This document shows positions 34,901 through 48,249 of a DNA stretch of 64,000 nt, one piece after another; positions within the stretch are counted from its first letter, which is position 1; every line of letters starts with the position of its first letter. The position numbers and the translations under genes are program-made. The notes beneath the pieces were generated by a model, which was not told the DNA's origin, made no database searches, and saw only the letters and a program-made list of their open reading frames with translations. Source of the stretch: Macrostomum lignano (lineage: Eukaryota); assembly GCA_002269645.1 (NCBI GenBank), contig NIVC01000994.1, positions 124,001-188,000 on the forward strand. Direction: 5' to 3'.

Positions 34901-37900
34901 GGAATCCAAATAAACCTGAAGGAATCTTAATGAACCTAAAGAAATTTAAATAAACCTGAAGGAATCTAAATGAACCTGAAGGAATCTGAATGAACCTGAA
35001 GGAGTTTTAATGAACCTGAAGGAATCTTAATGAACCTGAAGTAATCCAAATAAACCTGAAGGAATCTTAATGAACCTGAAGAAATCTAATGAACCTGAAG
35101 GAATCCTAATGAACCTGAAGGAGCCTAAACGAATCGAGAGGAAAATCCAGAGGAGCTTCTGAATGAAATTGCAGACCAGCTCACCTGCCGATAGGCCAGC
35201 CAGGAGGCCAAGGAGACGCCGCACATCACAGCCACAGTCATGCTAGAGTCGCCCCGAGCCGAATTCCACTGATCCAATTTCGGATAAGAGCAGCAGAGCA
35301 GCAGCAACACCAGCGGGATAATCACCGGTGCCCAGGGATGGGTCAGCTGGAAATTGTCCATCGAGTCGAGCAGCGGCGAAATTCCGGCTAAGAAGGCGAC
35401 GCCGAACAGCGCGCCACCGGTGACATCCTGAGTTGTATAAAAAAGAGATTAGTGAAATATTCTATTGTTGCCTACTCTGAGTAGGCGATTGAAGGTGCTG
35501 CCACTTTTTTTTAAGAACCGGTTTGCGTATCGATAGTTTAAATATATTCTCAAAAACAGCTAAGTAACCCTTTCCAGCGCTCTTCCCAAATCAAATGGCA
35601 CCCTTCCCAAATGAAATGGCGCTCTTCCCAAATAAAATGGCGCTCTTCCCGAATGAAATGGCGCTCTTCCCAAATGAAATGGCGCTCTTCCCAAATAAAA
35701 TGGCGCCCTTCCCAAATCAAATGGCACTTTTCCCAAATGAAATGGCGCTCTTCCCAAATAAAATGGCGCTCATCCCAAATGAAATGGCGCTCTTCCCAAA
35801 TGAAATGGCGCTCTTCCCAAATGAAATGGCGCCTTCCCCAAACGAAATGGCACCCTTCCCAAATGACATGGCGCCCTGAATTCTATAAAAGCGCAAATCA
35901 GAACAATCCGTCCGTTATAAATGGGAATGCATCGATCAATTTAATTGCATAATTTCGCTACAATTTTATTCAAGTGCATTTTCATCACGCCTACTATACT
36001 ACTTAAAGCCGTTCAGTAGTTCACTCCGGATGCCTGACACGACACTAAACAACATACACTAGAGAAAACATACAGACACAACTACTTATAACTTGTAGTT
36101 CGATTGATTATAAGGTAGCTTTTATTATTACATTGCGCTTTTAGTTAATTATAAATTTCGCTCATGAAAAAAAAACTTATGAAAAACTTTAACTTCTCAT
36201 ACCGAACTGGCCATGTAATTGAAAAAGTACGCGATGAACTTACCAGAACGCTGTGCATGCCCAGGTAGATTCTGCTCAGGCAGACCAGGACGGACCACAT
36301 TGAGCACAGCAGGAACCCCAGCTCTGTTGAGTACTGGGAAAGCAGAATGGAACAGTTGATTAAAAAAACTCTCCCATAGAGTGGTTAGAGGTGACGCCTA
36401 AACCTTCAACTCAGTGACAAATGGCAGAATGTCACTGCATTCATCTCAGTGACAAATGGCAGAATGTCACTGCATTCATCTCAGTGACAAATGGCAGAAT
36501 GTCACTGCATTCATCTCAGTGACAAATGGCAGAATGTCACTGCATTCATCTCAGTGACAAATGGCAGAATGTCACTGCATTCATCTCAGTGACCAATGGC
36601 AGAATGTCACTGCATTCATCTCAGTGACAATGGCAGAATGTCACTGCATTCATCTCAGTGACAAATGGCAGAATGTCACTGCATTCATCTCAGTGACAAA
36701 TGGCAGAATGTCACTGCATTCATCTCAGTGACAAATGGCAGAATGTCACTGCATTCATCTCAGTGACAAATGGCAGAATGTCACTGCATTCATCTCAGTG
36801 ACAAATGGCAGAATGTCACTGCATTCATGTCAGTGACAAATGGCAGAATGTCACTGCATTCATGTCAGTGACAAATGGCAGAATGTCACTGCATTCATGT
36901 CAGTGACAAATGGCAGAATGTCACTGCATTCATCTCAGTGACAAATGGCAGAATGTCACTGCATTCATCTCAGTGACAAATGGCAGAATGTCACTGCATT
37001 CATGTCAGTGACAAATGGCAGAATGTCACTGCATTCATCTCAGTGACAAATGGCAGAATGTCACTGCATTCATCTCAGTGACAAATGGCAGAATGTCACT
37101 GCATTCATCTCAGTGACAAATGGCAGAATGTCACTGCATTCATCTCAGTGACAAATGGCAGAATGTCACTGCATTCATCTCAGTGACAAATGGCAGAATG
37201 TCACTGCATTCATCTCAGTGACAAATGGCAGAATGTCACTGCATTCATCTCAGTGACAAATGGCAGAATGTCACTGCATTCATCTCAGTGACAAATGGCA
37301 GAATGTCACTGCATTCATGTCAGTGACAAATGGCAGAATGTCACTGCATTCATCTCAGTGACAAATGGCAGAATGTCACTGCATTCATCTCAGTGACAAA
37401 TGGCAGAATGTCACTGCATTCATCTCAGTGACAAATGGCAGAATGTCACTGCATTCATCTCAGTGACAAATGGCAGAATGTCACTGCATTCATCTCAGTG
37501 ACAAATGGCAGAATGTCACTGCATTCATCTCAGTGACAAATGGCAGAATGTCACTGCATTCATCTCAGTGACAAATGGCAGAATGTCACTGCATTCATCT
37601 CAGTGACAAATGGCAGAATGTCACTGCATTCATCTCAGTGACAAATGGCAGAATGTCACTGCATTCATCTCAGTGACAAATGGCAGAATGTCACTGCATT
37701 CATCTCAGTGACAAATGGCAGAATGTCACTGCATTCATGTCAGTGACAAATGGCAGAATGTCACTGCATTCATGTCAGTGACAAATGGCAGAATGTCACT
37801 GCATTCATCTCAGTGACAAATGGCAGAATGTCACTGCATTCATCTCAGTGACAAATGGCAGAATGTCACTGCATTCATCTCAGTGACAAATGGCAGAATG

Positions 37901-40794
37901 TCACTGCATTCATCTCAGTGACAAATGGCAGAATGTCACTGCATTCATGTCAGTGACAAATGGCAGAATGTCACTGCATTCATGTCAGTGACAAATGGCA
38001 GAATGTCACTGCATTCATCTCAGTGACAAATGGCAGAATGTCACTGCATTCATCTCAGTGACAAATGGCAGAATGTCACTGCATTCATGTCAGTGACAAA
38101 TGGCAGAATGTCACTGCATTCATGTCAGTGACAAATGGCAGAATGTCACTGCATTCATCTCAGTGACAAATGGCAGAATGTCACTGCATTCATCTCAGTG
38201 ACAAATGGCAGAATGTCACTGCATTCATCTCAGTGACAAATGGCAGAATGTCACTGCATTCATCTCAGTGACAAATGGCAGAATGTCACTGCATTCATGT
38301 CAGTGACAAATGGCAGAATGTCACTGCATTCATCTCAGTGACAAATGGCAGAATGTCACTGCATTCATCTCAGTGACAAATGGCAGAATGTCACTGCATT
38401 CATCTCAGTGACAAATGGCAGAATGTCACTGCATTCATGTCAGTGACAAATGGCAGAATGTCACTGCATTCATGTCAGTGACAAATGGCAGAATGTCACT
38501 GCATTCATCTCAGTGACAAATGGCAGAATGTCACTGCATTCATCTCAGTGACAAATGGCAGAATGTCACTGCATTCATCTCAGTGACAAATGGCAGAATG
38601 TCACTGCATTCATCTCAGTGACAAATGGCAGAATGTCACTGCATTCATCTCAGTGACAAATGGCAGAATGTCACTGCATTCATCTCAGTGACAAATGGCA
38701 GAATGTCACTGCATTCATCTCAGTGACAAATGGCAGAATGTCACTGCATTCATGTCAGTGACAAATGGCAGAATGTCACTGCATTCATCTCAGTGACAAA
38801 TGGCAGAATGTCACTGCATTCATCTCAGTGACAAATGGCAGAATGTCACTGCATTCATCTCAGTGACAAATGGCAGAATGTCACTGCATTCATGTCAGTG
38901 ACAAATGGCAGAATGTCACTGCATTCATCTCAGTGACAAATGGCAGAATGTCACTGCATTCATCTCAGTGACAAATGGCAGAATGTCACTGCATTCATCT
39001 CAGTGACAAATGGCAGAATGTCACTGCATTCATCTCAGTGACAAATAGCAGTACAATTCTGCATCGCAATGTTCTCAAGCATCCCAGAGCTGTCAGTTTA
39101 TAACAAAAAAATTGCTAAATTTGCCAAAAATCGACCAAATCATTGATATTACTGCCTACAATGAAGTTCTAGTTCTCTCAGGCGAGCAAACACAATGCCC
39201 AGAGCTTTATTGGCTCACACGGCAAAAAAAGTTCGCCTTGAGCAAACACTAGCTGTCAAACAAAAAGGCTGTCAATACAGGGGAATACCGCTCAGAACCG
39301 TAAGCTGCATCTGAAACGAAGGCAGCTAATTAGTATAAAAGATTGGTACTCAATCAGTTTCCCAAAAAATTGAATACACAGATATGCGACGTTGAGATAT
39401 TAATTTTGGTAGCTTTTTTATAGGCTAAACGTAGATTAGAACCGTATTTGTCTCTCCAATCAGTGCTTGCTGACAAGAGAATTTGCTTAATAAATCACCG
39501 CTGGTCATTGATGAGGACCACATGATTACAGGATGAAGCTACCGCTGAATGGTTTAGCGATAATTAAAAACAAATCTGTGAGACAGGATTTTGCTGCGCC
39601 GAATATTCCATGGCTGAATATAGATTCTCGTTGCAAGGATTTGGGATTACTATGGAATTAGGCTTTAAGTACCATGGATTCGAGATTAGACACCTGGGAT
39701 TCTGAAATAAAATACCTGGATTATGGAGTAAGACCTGGAATTTTCAAGTAAAACACCTGGATTCTGGATTAAAACACCTGGGATTCTGAACAAAGACACC
39801 TGTGAATCTGAACAAAAACACCTGTGAATCTGAACAAAAACACCTGTGATTCTGAACAAAAACACCTGGGATTAGAAACAAAACACCTGGGATTAGAAAC
39901 AAAAACACCTGGGATTAGAAACAAAAACACCTGGGATTCTGAAAAAAACACTTGGGATTAGAAACAAAAACACCTGGGATTAGAAACAAAAACACCTGGG
40001 ATTCTGAACAAAAACACCTGGTCACCACTGCAGCCACCCATCACCTCATGCATCACCGCTGCAACCTGATCAAGTGACGATGTTCAACTCACCAAGTAGC
40101 GATTCCTGGTGAGCAGGAACAGTGAAAACGGCACAACAATCGCTGTAGTCGCGTGAGTAGACGGAAAGCCGTACTCAAGTTCGTATCGCCTCTCCAGTTT
40201 AGCCACAGGCGGACTGGCTGGCCTAGGACTCCTAATGAGGTCCTTGAGAGCCTGGCCGAACCACATTGAGAAGCCCCAGGCGATGACAACCCGACGACAA
40301 ACGTAGCCATCAACGTTCCAGAACCAGTAGGGGAAAAATGTACAGTTGAATTCCTCATTGCCAAGCATTGCACCGAATGTGAACAGATGATAGAGGAATA
40401 GATTCTTAATCTTGTAATCAACGTTGTTTCGCATCGAATAGTCCATTAAAGTGTTTTGTACTCGACATTTTACACTATCTGTCCAAGATTGCGATTTGAC
40501 GTCCTCGGCTACAGCGCTGTGAATTTTATTCTTTTGCTGTTGCTGCTTGCCGCCAGCTGTGCTGCTCTGTGCTCTGCGCCGGACCGCAGCTGCAGTTATC
40601 GATGCGTCCTCGGCCCCGGAGTCCGTCAGATCCGTATCGCAGTTATTATTGGAGTCCTCATCTTCTTCCTCCTCGTCCATAGAGTTCAATCCGCTGTCCT
40701 TGTAGCCAATGTCGATGCCGCAGACATCCTGAAAGCTGGCTACCAGCTTTGGATTATTCAACTGCTCCACCAGGTGCTTGATAGATTCCAGCAT
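31964..40794 (-). CDS. SGPP1: Sphingosine-1-phosphate phosphatase (PAP2 superfamily, SGPP1/2-like); 4 exons, ~457 aa
   Basis: Exons 40794-40093, 36333-36244, 35427-35185, 32302-31964; all phase 0, GT-AG. PAP2 motifs KDLIRSPRP, EYGFPSTH, SRIYLGMHSVLD. Also FFPYWFWNVD and the C-terminal VELPYKFVTY typical of SGPP. Vertebrate paralog assignment (SGPP1 versus SGPP2) is not resolvable. Confidence 0.88.
32325..35130. repeat. 20-bp minisatellite (aatgaacctgaaggaatctg), ~140 units, filling SGPP intron 3; 1060-bp higher-order duplication
   Basis: Exact 20-bp register; marker taaacctgacgaaatcc at 32911, 33251 and 34311. Confidence 0.95.
35575..35875. repeat. 21-bp minisatellite (aaatggcgctcttcccaaatg) in SGPP intron 2
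   Basis: About 14 units read directly. Confidence 0.9.
36411..39048. repeat. 35-bp hairpin-containing tandem repeat (tcagtgacaaatggcagaatgtcactgcattcatc), ~75 units, in SGPP intron 1
   Basis: Nearly invariant units, each with cagtgaca/tgtcactg inverted arms around a 10-nt loop. Confidence 0.95.
39690..40022. repeat. ~20-21 bp minisatellite (aaaacacctgggattctgaac) in SGPP intron 1
   Basis: Read directly; near the donor at 40092. Confidence 0.85.
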
Positions 40795-41939
40795 CGCTTG
40801 TCCTGCAGGCTCGTCAGCTACACGGGAATTCTATATAAGCCAGCGTCTTATATCCTAGTAGCTTTGCTAACAACGCCCTTTACGCTGACGTCTATTGGAT
40901 CAGCCAATTGCAGGGCGAACGCCCTGCAAAAAATATGCGCCAGCCACTGTTAGCGGGTGATACTCGGGGTAGGGTTTTTTGAGGCTGTGAAATTTTTTCA
41001 ATCATAAAAGTGATGGGGGAAGCTGTAGAGCAGGATAGGATGTGTACTTTTATGTGACAAGTCAGACAGTGGACTCAGAGGGCCCGGGGGCGACAGAGGT
41101 CTGAGAATTCGGGATAAAGGACGACAAGGCGAGGTAAAATTGATTGAGATTTCTAAAAATAGCACGCACAGGTGCCTCCTGTCTGCTCAAAACCAAAGAC
41201 ACGACGGTAGGTCAAGGTAGGCCCCTCTGTGTGACCGTAATCAGTTCATAATTTTCAGTGCAATCGATGTTAAGAGAAAATAGGGAGGGAAAGAGATTTG
41301 AACCAAATGCTATCCTACTGACGGGCATCTGACAGAAGAGCTGCATGCACGGTAGCAGGACTGAGCGCACGAATGCATGGCGTGTTCCTTTCCAGTACGG
41401 GCCAACTTTAGTATTCTGATGAGCTGCCCATGGCGTGACAGAGCAGAGGGGGGAGAGCAGAGCAGGACAAATGAGCAAAGCAAATGGCAAGCATAGGACT
41501 GATACAAATCGATCGAACCAGATTAGAGGCTCACTGCTGTCTCAAAATCGATGAGTTCGACCAACCTACAAGTCTTAATGAGGCTCAAGTTCGTTGCTCG
41601 AGTGTGCATTAACCAGAGAAACACGATCTAATTATTTCTGTTTTCTCTATTTTCCGAATCTAAATAAGGTCGATACGGCCCAGTAAATTCAACTGCAGGT
41701 CAGCGAATTTGCCGAACGCACCGCTACAAAGTTAAGCAGAGCTGATCGCGGTTAGTACGCAGCTAAATAGACTGCTTGCGTCGCCTCTCAACTCAAAGCA
41801 GCCGCCGTGAGCGAGATGGGCAAATTAATTTGAGCTCTGCAGTTTAACTCCGGCAGTGATCAAGTAGCATAGTAAAATATGATAGCAAAATATGATAGTA
41901 AAATATGATTGAAATACTTTTTAACTATTGCACTTTGAT

Positions 41940-42210
41940 TGGGTTTGTAGCCTAGTGGTTAGAGTGTCGGACTCACGACTGAAAGGTCGGGGGTTCGATT
42001 CTCAACTCACTCGCAACCATTTGTGTCCTTGAGCACGACACTTAACTCTGCATTGCTTCAGTTTATTGCTTTAAGAGCCCCCACCCAGTCCTTGGGCTGA
42101 ACAGCCGTACGCAGCCTTCAGATACGCCGCGCAATAGCTGCGGCTGAGCTATCGGTTGCACATCTGCCCATTAGGTCAGGTGTAATCAATTATTATTAAT
42201 TTTTATTACA
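41940..42210 (+). mobile_element. tRNA-derived SINE with a CORE-like central segment and (att)n tail
   Basis: Pol III box A tagcctagtgg and box B ggttcgattct, with a Val-like gaaaggtc arm but no intact acceptor stem. Followed by tgtgtccttgagcacgacacttaac, which resembles the CORE domain start. AT-rich tail at ~42185-42210. Confidence 0.72.
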
Positions 42211-43477
42211 TTAGATTGCAGTTAATCAAGTGCATTTTGATGGGCAAAATTTTTTTTAAAAGCTTCAATAATTGATGCTTTCATATATACGGGTATCAAT
42301 ATGTACACTTTTTGAAAGCCTAAAAGACGGCATAATAATTTAACCTATTAGCAATATAAAGCAGTATAAAAAGTGCAGATATCTCAAGTAGCTAGCCAGA
42401 TCAATTTGCGAAACATGAGAGATAGCCAAGAATTTTTTGATAGCTTAGAACTTAGGAATCCATTTCATTACCTTCCCTTTGACGAAATCGATTGATATTG
42501 ACATCAAAGCAATTTGGTGCACTGCATTACAGTAATGACCCAGCCAATAGCTAATTAGCGAATTCAACAAAATCATAGGACGTATCTCTAATAGGCAGCT
42601 GAGTTGCCTTCCCTAATAAAGGGTCTAGGGAAAGCCAACCACAACAGGACATACCCTTCCCTGTAGCTGGGTGTGAATAATATCATCAAAAAATTCTCAT
42701 AATAGCCTATTTTCAGTTCCAATATAGTTTACTATATAGCTTTAAATACTGAATTCATTGTTTCAAGTATTAAAAACTATATAAATATGAACTAGGGAGG
42801 AGAACACTTAGGTAAAAGTCTATTGCTACATGATGTATGTATAAATGAAGATCATAGTAAAAATAAATATCATTAAAATAAAAATTTAGTGACCTAGTTC
42901 CTATGAGTTATATAGCTTTCTTAGCTTATATACCTTAAAATCCTGAATTTGTTGGTCATATATACTTGTATAATTTTGACAAGTTATGTCTATCTACACG
43001 TATCTTTGCAAATAAGCAAGTTATTAGACAATTATATTATATGTCTTACTTAAAAACTGCTTTTAATATAATTTATATTATCTCTGTCATAGTTTTATCA
43101 TATAATATTTACTTGAAATTATATGAGAAACATATCCTAGGCCTAGGGCTAGGGGTAAAAGACCACTAAAGATATGTAGAGATTGGCCTGGCCTATATGA
43201 TCAGAAATTGTTTTCCATTGTTTCTGATAATATACTTTAGTATAAAGGAAAGGGGAATTAGTACTTACTACTACTAGGTATGAGCAAAATTCCTGAGAAT
43301 CATATAATATTTGTAAAAAACAACAAACAGCTACAAATTTTTAAGCATAGTTAAAAAATAAAAAAACTACAACAAAAAATGAAACTAAATATATGGGCTT
43401 GATCAAGAGTACAGACATAGCTAATTGACTTTGTAGTTATATATCGATAATATTCTATACAGTACACTAATATTATA

Positions 43478-43954
43478 GACGTACACCTTGAGTTTTTTCA
43501 AATGCCACTAATGATAGTAGCAAAGTATTGTAATTTTATTGATTGCTGCATTTAAAAAATCTAATATTGCTGTACAATGCAATGCAACATGCGGGTGAGA
43601 TTTTGGTTTCAGAATGGAAGCAAACAAGCATGTGGCGCATCTTTTCATGGAATATCTTACAAGTAAACGCGATAAATAAATTTTACAAGAAGCACTGTAG
43701 AGAAACAAAAGTCCACGTACTAATGACTAGAAACAAAAAAGTTTTTTTCGAGTTGAAGACAAGTAAGTTAAATATTTCTTGTTTAAGAAAGAGTATGGCT
43801 GTATTTTTTATAAAATACTGTGTTGAGTCCAATAGATTCAATTTGCTCAATCCTTCGATACGTCGCCGGGCTGGGCTGGATCAACTTTGATCAGGCCCCG
43901 CGACGTGTAATTCAGAATATTATTGATAATTATTCTGTCGTCGAGGTGTACGTG
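43478..43954. mobile_element. 477-bp pogo/Tigger-like (Tc1/mariner) MITE
   Basis: TIRs gacgtacaccttga (43478-43491) and tcgaggtgtacgtg (43941-43954), 12/14 match, with TA on both sides. Internal GC hairpin at 43860-43906. Confidence 0.55.
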
Positions 43955-44838
43955 TACATCGGGTAGATCTGGATCAATATTTTACTAAATTTCTAAGCTT
44001 TTGAATCTATTCGAAGATTTTAGCTTCGTTTACAATGCATCAGAAAGCATGAATGAAACTATTTTTATTGACTTTGTTCTAGACATTCTAGACATTATTA
44101 GTGGCAGTCGCAATGTGGGCAAATTCTTTATCTTTTAATTTTTATCTTATCACTTCTTGGACCAGATTTCTCTAGCCTCAAAGCTTTCAATAGCGCGATT
44201 TTTTAGGCTCAGTCAAGACTTCTTATGCCATGGGCTTAAGTATTTGGCTTGTATTTTCATCATTTTTTTAATATTAATATCATAGATTTATGAATCATAG
44301 GACATAGCTTCTTTTTAATTGGCAGTAACAGTCAGAAAATGCCCTAAATACCATATCCTTTAGTTTGCTATAGCAAATAAGCAGCTTTAGCAAAGCATAT
44401 ATCTCTATTTAACTAAATCTTATTATTCTAAATCTTATTTGTCTTATCTTATTATCTTAATTAAAACTGCCTAGCAATATTTTTGGTCGATGGGCCATAT
44501 TTTATCTAATCTTATAGGAGCATGGAATTCAAGACTAATCCTAACAGATCATTTTTAAAAAAAACAATTTTTTGCCTTGTTATGCTATGGAATTTTATCA
44601 CTAACAACTTCATTTTTTAACTTAAAAATATTTTTAGTATAATGAACTTAAGTTATTTATTACCTTTTACTTTACTTTTAAACTACAAATACAAATAGAT
44701 TTATAGTTTAATTTTTTAATTAAACAATACACACATACAGGATAATATAACTATATTCTCAAATAGTTAAAAAATATACTTGTGTAGCCTTAATTAATTG
44801 GTAATTTATCAATAATTTTCAGTAAATCAACAGAGGAC

Positions 44839-45955
<1,117 letters not shown>

Positions 45956-46735
45956 TTTAATTAGAACTCGGCTTGATTGATTCCCATGACAACTAATTCG
46001 AATAGTTTACAATGATTAAAAATATTAATCAATGCAGTTCCATAGTTTCAAAACCGTGCTAAATATTTGTTATTATCCTGCAATCCCACTCGCTTTTAAT
46101 TCTTTGCGAGACAATTTATTCTATTCCAATTTCGTGAGTTAGATTTGGCTGAAAGTTTTAGACGTTATTTATTGTCCCTCAATGTTTTTATATAAAGCCT
46201 ATTTTCGATTGGCAAAGTTGATTATTGGAATTTTGAAACCGAGAAGATATATTTTTTGGCTTATTGCAATTTTTACGTTTTAGCTAAGCCTTTGTGATGC
46301 ATTCATGGACTACTAAAGTAGGACGGGAGGCAGTTTTTACCGAAAAATATATTACGGAGTAAGGAATTTCTCATTATTTATTTTTTCTTAGCTGATTGCA
46401 ACAAAATGTGTAACTGAATGATAAAAAAGATTCATAAAAATTATGAGTATAGCTGGGCCACCTTTATTGGTTAGAAATTACATTGAAAATACAATTCACA
46501 TTAGAATCCTAATTTTCTAAACGAAAAGCTCTATGAATATCAATAGAGCTATGAGAAAGGCAATGCATATCAAAAGATAAACATTGGGTCTGCCTCCTAT
46601 CAAAAGCAATAACAATTTTTGTGCTGAAAAATGAATTTCTTCATTCTTCATAATGTATTTTTCGGTAAAAGCTACCTCCTAAATAATTCTAAGAAAAGTA
46701 GTTTACCGCACTACTTGAGTAGTCATTGGAAGCAA

Positions 46736-48135
46736 CCACTGATGCAATCATGAGCTGTTGCTACTGCATAATCAAATCACTGATGCAATCATGAGCTGTT
46801 GCTACTGCATAATCAAATCACTGATGCAATCATGAGCTGTTGCTACTGCATAATCAAATCACTGATGCAATCATGAGCTGTTGCTACTGCAGAATAAAAT
46901 CACTGATGCAATCATGAGCTGTCGCTACTGCAGAATAAAATCACTGATGCAATCATGAGCTGTTGCTACTGCAGAATAAAATCACTGATGCAATCATGAG
47001 CTGTTGCTACTGTAGAATAAAATCACTGATGCAATCATGAGCTGTTGCTACTGCAGAATAAAATCACTGATGCAACCATGAGTTGTTGATACTGCAGAAT
47101 AAAATCACTGATGCAACCATGAGCTATTGCTACTGCAGAATAAAATCACTGATGCAATCATGAGCTATTGCTACTGTAGAATAAAATCACTGATGCAACC
47201 ATGAGCTATTGCTACTGCAGAATAAAATCACTGATGCAATCATGAGCTGTTGCTACTGCAGAATAAAATCACTGATGCAATCATGAGCTGTTGCTACTGC
47301 AGAATAAAATCACTGATGCAATCATGAGCTGTTGCTACTGCAGAATAAAATCACTGATGCAACCATGAGCTGTTGCTACTGTAGAATAAAAACACCGATG
47401 CAATCATGAGCTGTTGCTACTGCAGAATAAAATCACTGATGCAATCATGAGCTGTTGCTACTGCAGAATAAAATCACTGATGCAATCATGAGCTGTTGCT
47501 ACTGCAGAATAAAATCACTGATGCAATCATGAGCTGTTGCTACTGCAGAATAAAATCACTGATGCAATCATGAGCTGTTGCTACTGTAGAATAAAATCAC
47601 TGATGCAACCATGAGCTGTTGCTACTGTAGAATAAAAACACCGATGCAATCATGAGCTGTTGCTACTGCAGAATAAAATCACTGATGCAATCATGAGCTG
47701 TTGCTACTGCAGAATAAAATCACTGATGCAATCATGAGCTGTTGCTACTGCAGAATAAAATCACTGATGCAATCATGAGCTGTTGCTACTGCAGAATAAA
47801 ATCACTGATGCAATCATGAGCTGTTGCTACTGCAGAATAAAATCACTGATGCAATCATGAGCTGTTGCTACTGTAGAATAAAATCACTGATGCAACCATG
47901 AGCTGTTGCTACTGTAGAATAAAAACACCGATGCAATCATGAGCTATTGCTACTGCAGAATAAAATCACTGATGCAACCATGAGCTATTGCTACTGTAGA
48001 ATAAAATCACTGATGCAACCATGAGCTATTGCTACTGCAGAATAAAATCACTGATGCAATCATGAGCTGTTGATACTGCAGAATAAAATCACTGATGCAA
48101 TCATGAGCTGTTGCTACTGCAGAATAAAATCAATG
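46736..48135. repeat. 41-bp minisatellite (actgatgcaatcatgagctgttgctactgcagaataaaatc), ~34 units
   Basis: Read directly; ends ~110 bp before the transposon. Confidence 0.95.
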
Positions 48136-48249
48136 ATAATATCATACTTTTACGTTAATTTCTAAGCACTGTACATGCGCATCACTCTACTTTTTAGTAG
48201 CAAGAATGGCGAATGCTGATAAAATTGAAACGGGCAAAGTGATCGATAA

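Noticed and set aside
36411-39048. CRISPR array (35-bp palindromic repeats)
   Set aside because: Units are directly adjacent with no unique spacers, there are no cas genes, and the context is a eukaryotic intron.
41415-41460. Hammerhead ribozyme at ctgatgag
   Set aside because: The required GAAA after stem II is absent; the same holds for ctgacga at ~5677 and ~59435.
41940-42012. Functional tRNA gene
   Set aside because: The acceptor and anticodon stems do not pair properly, and it continues into a SINE-like body.
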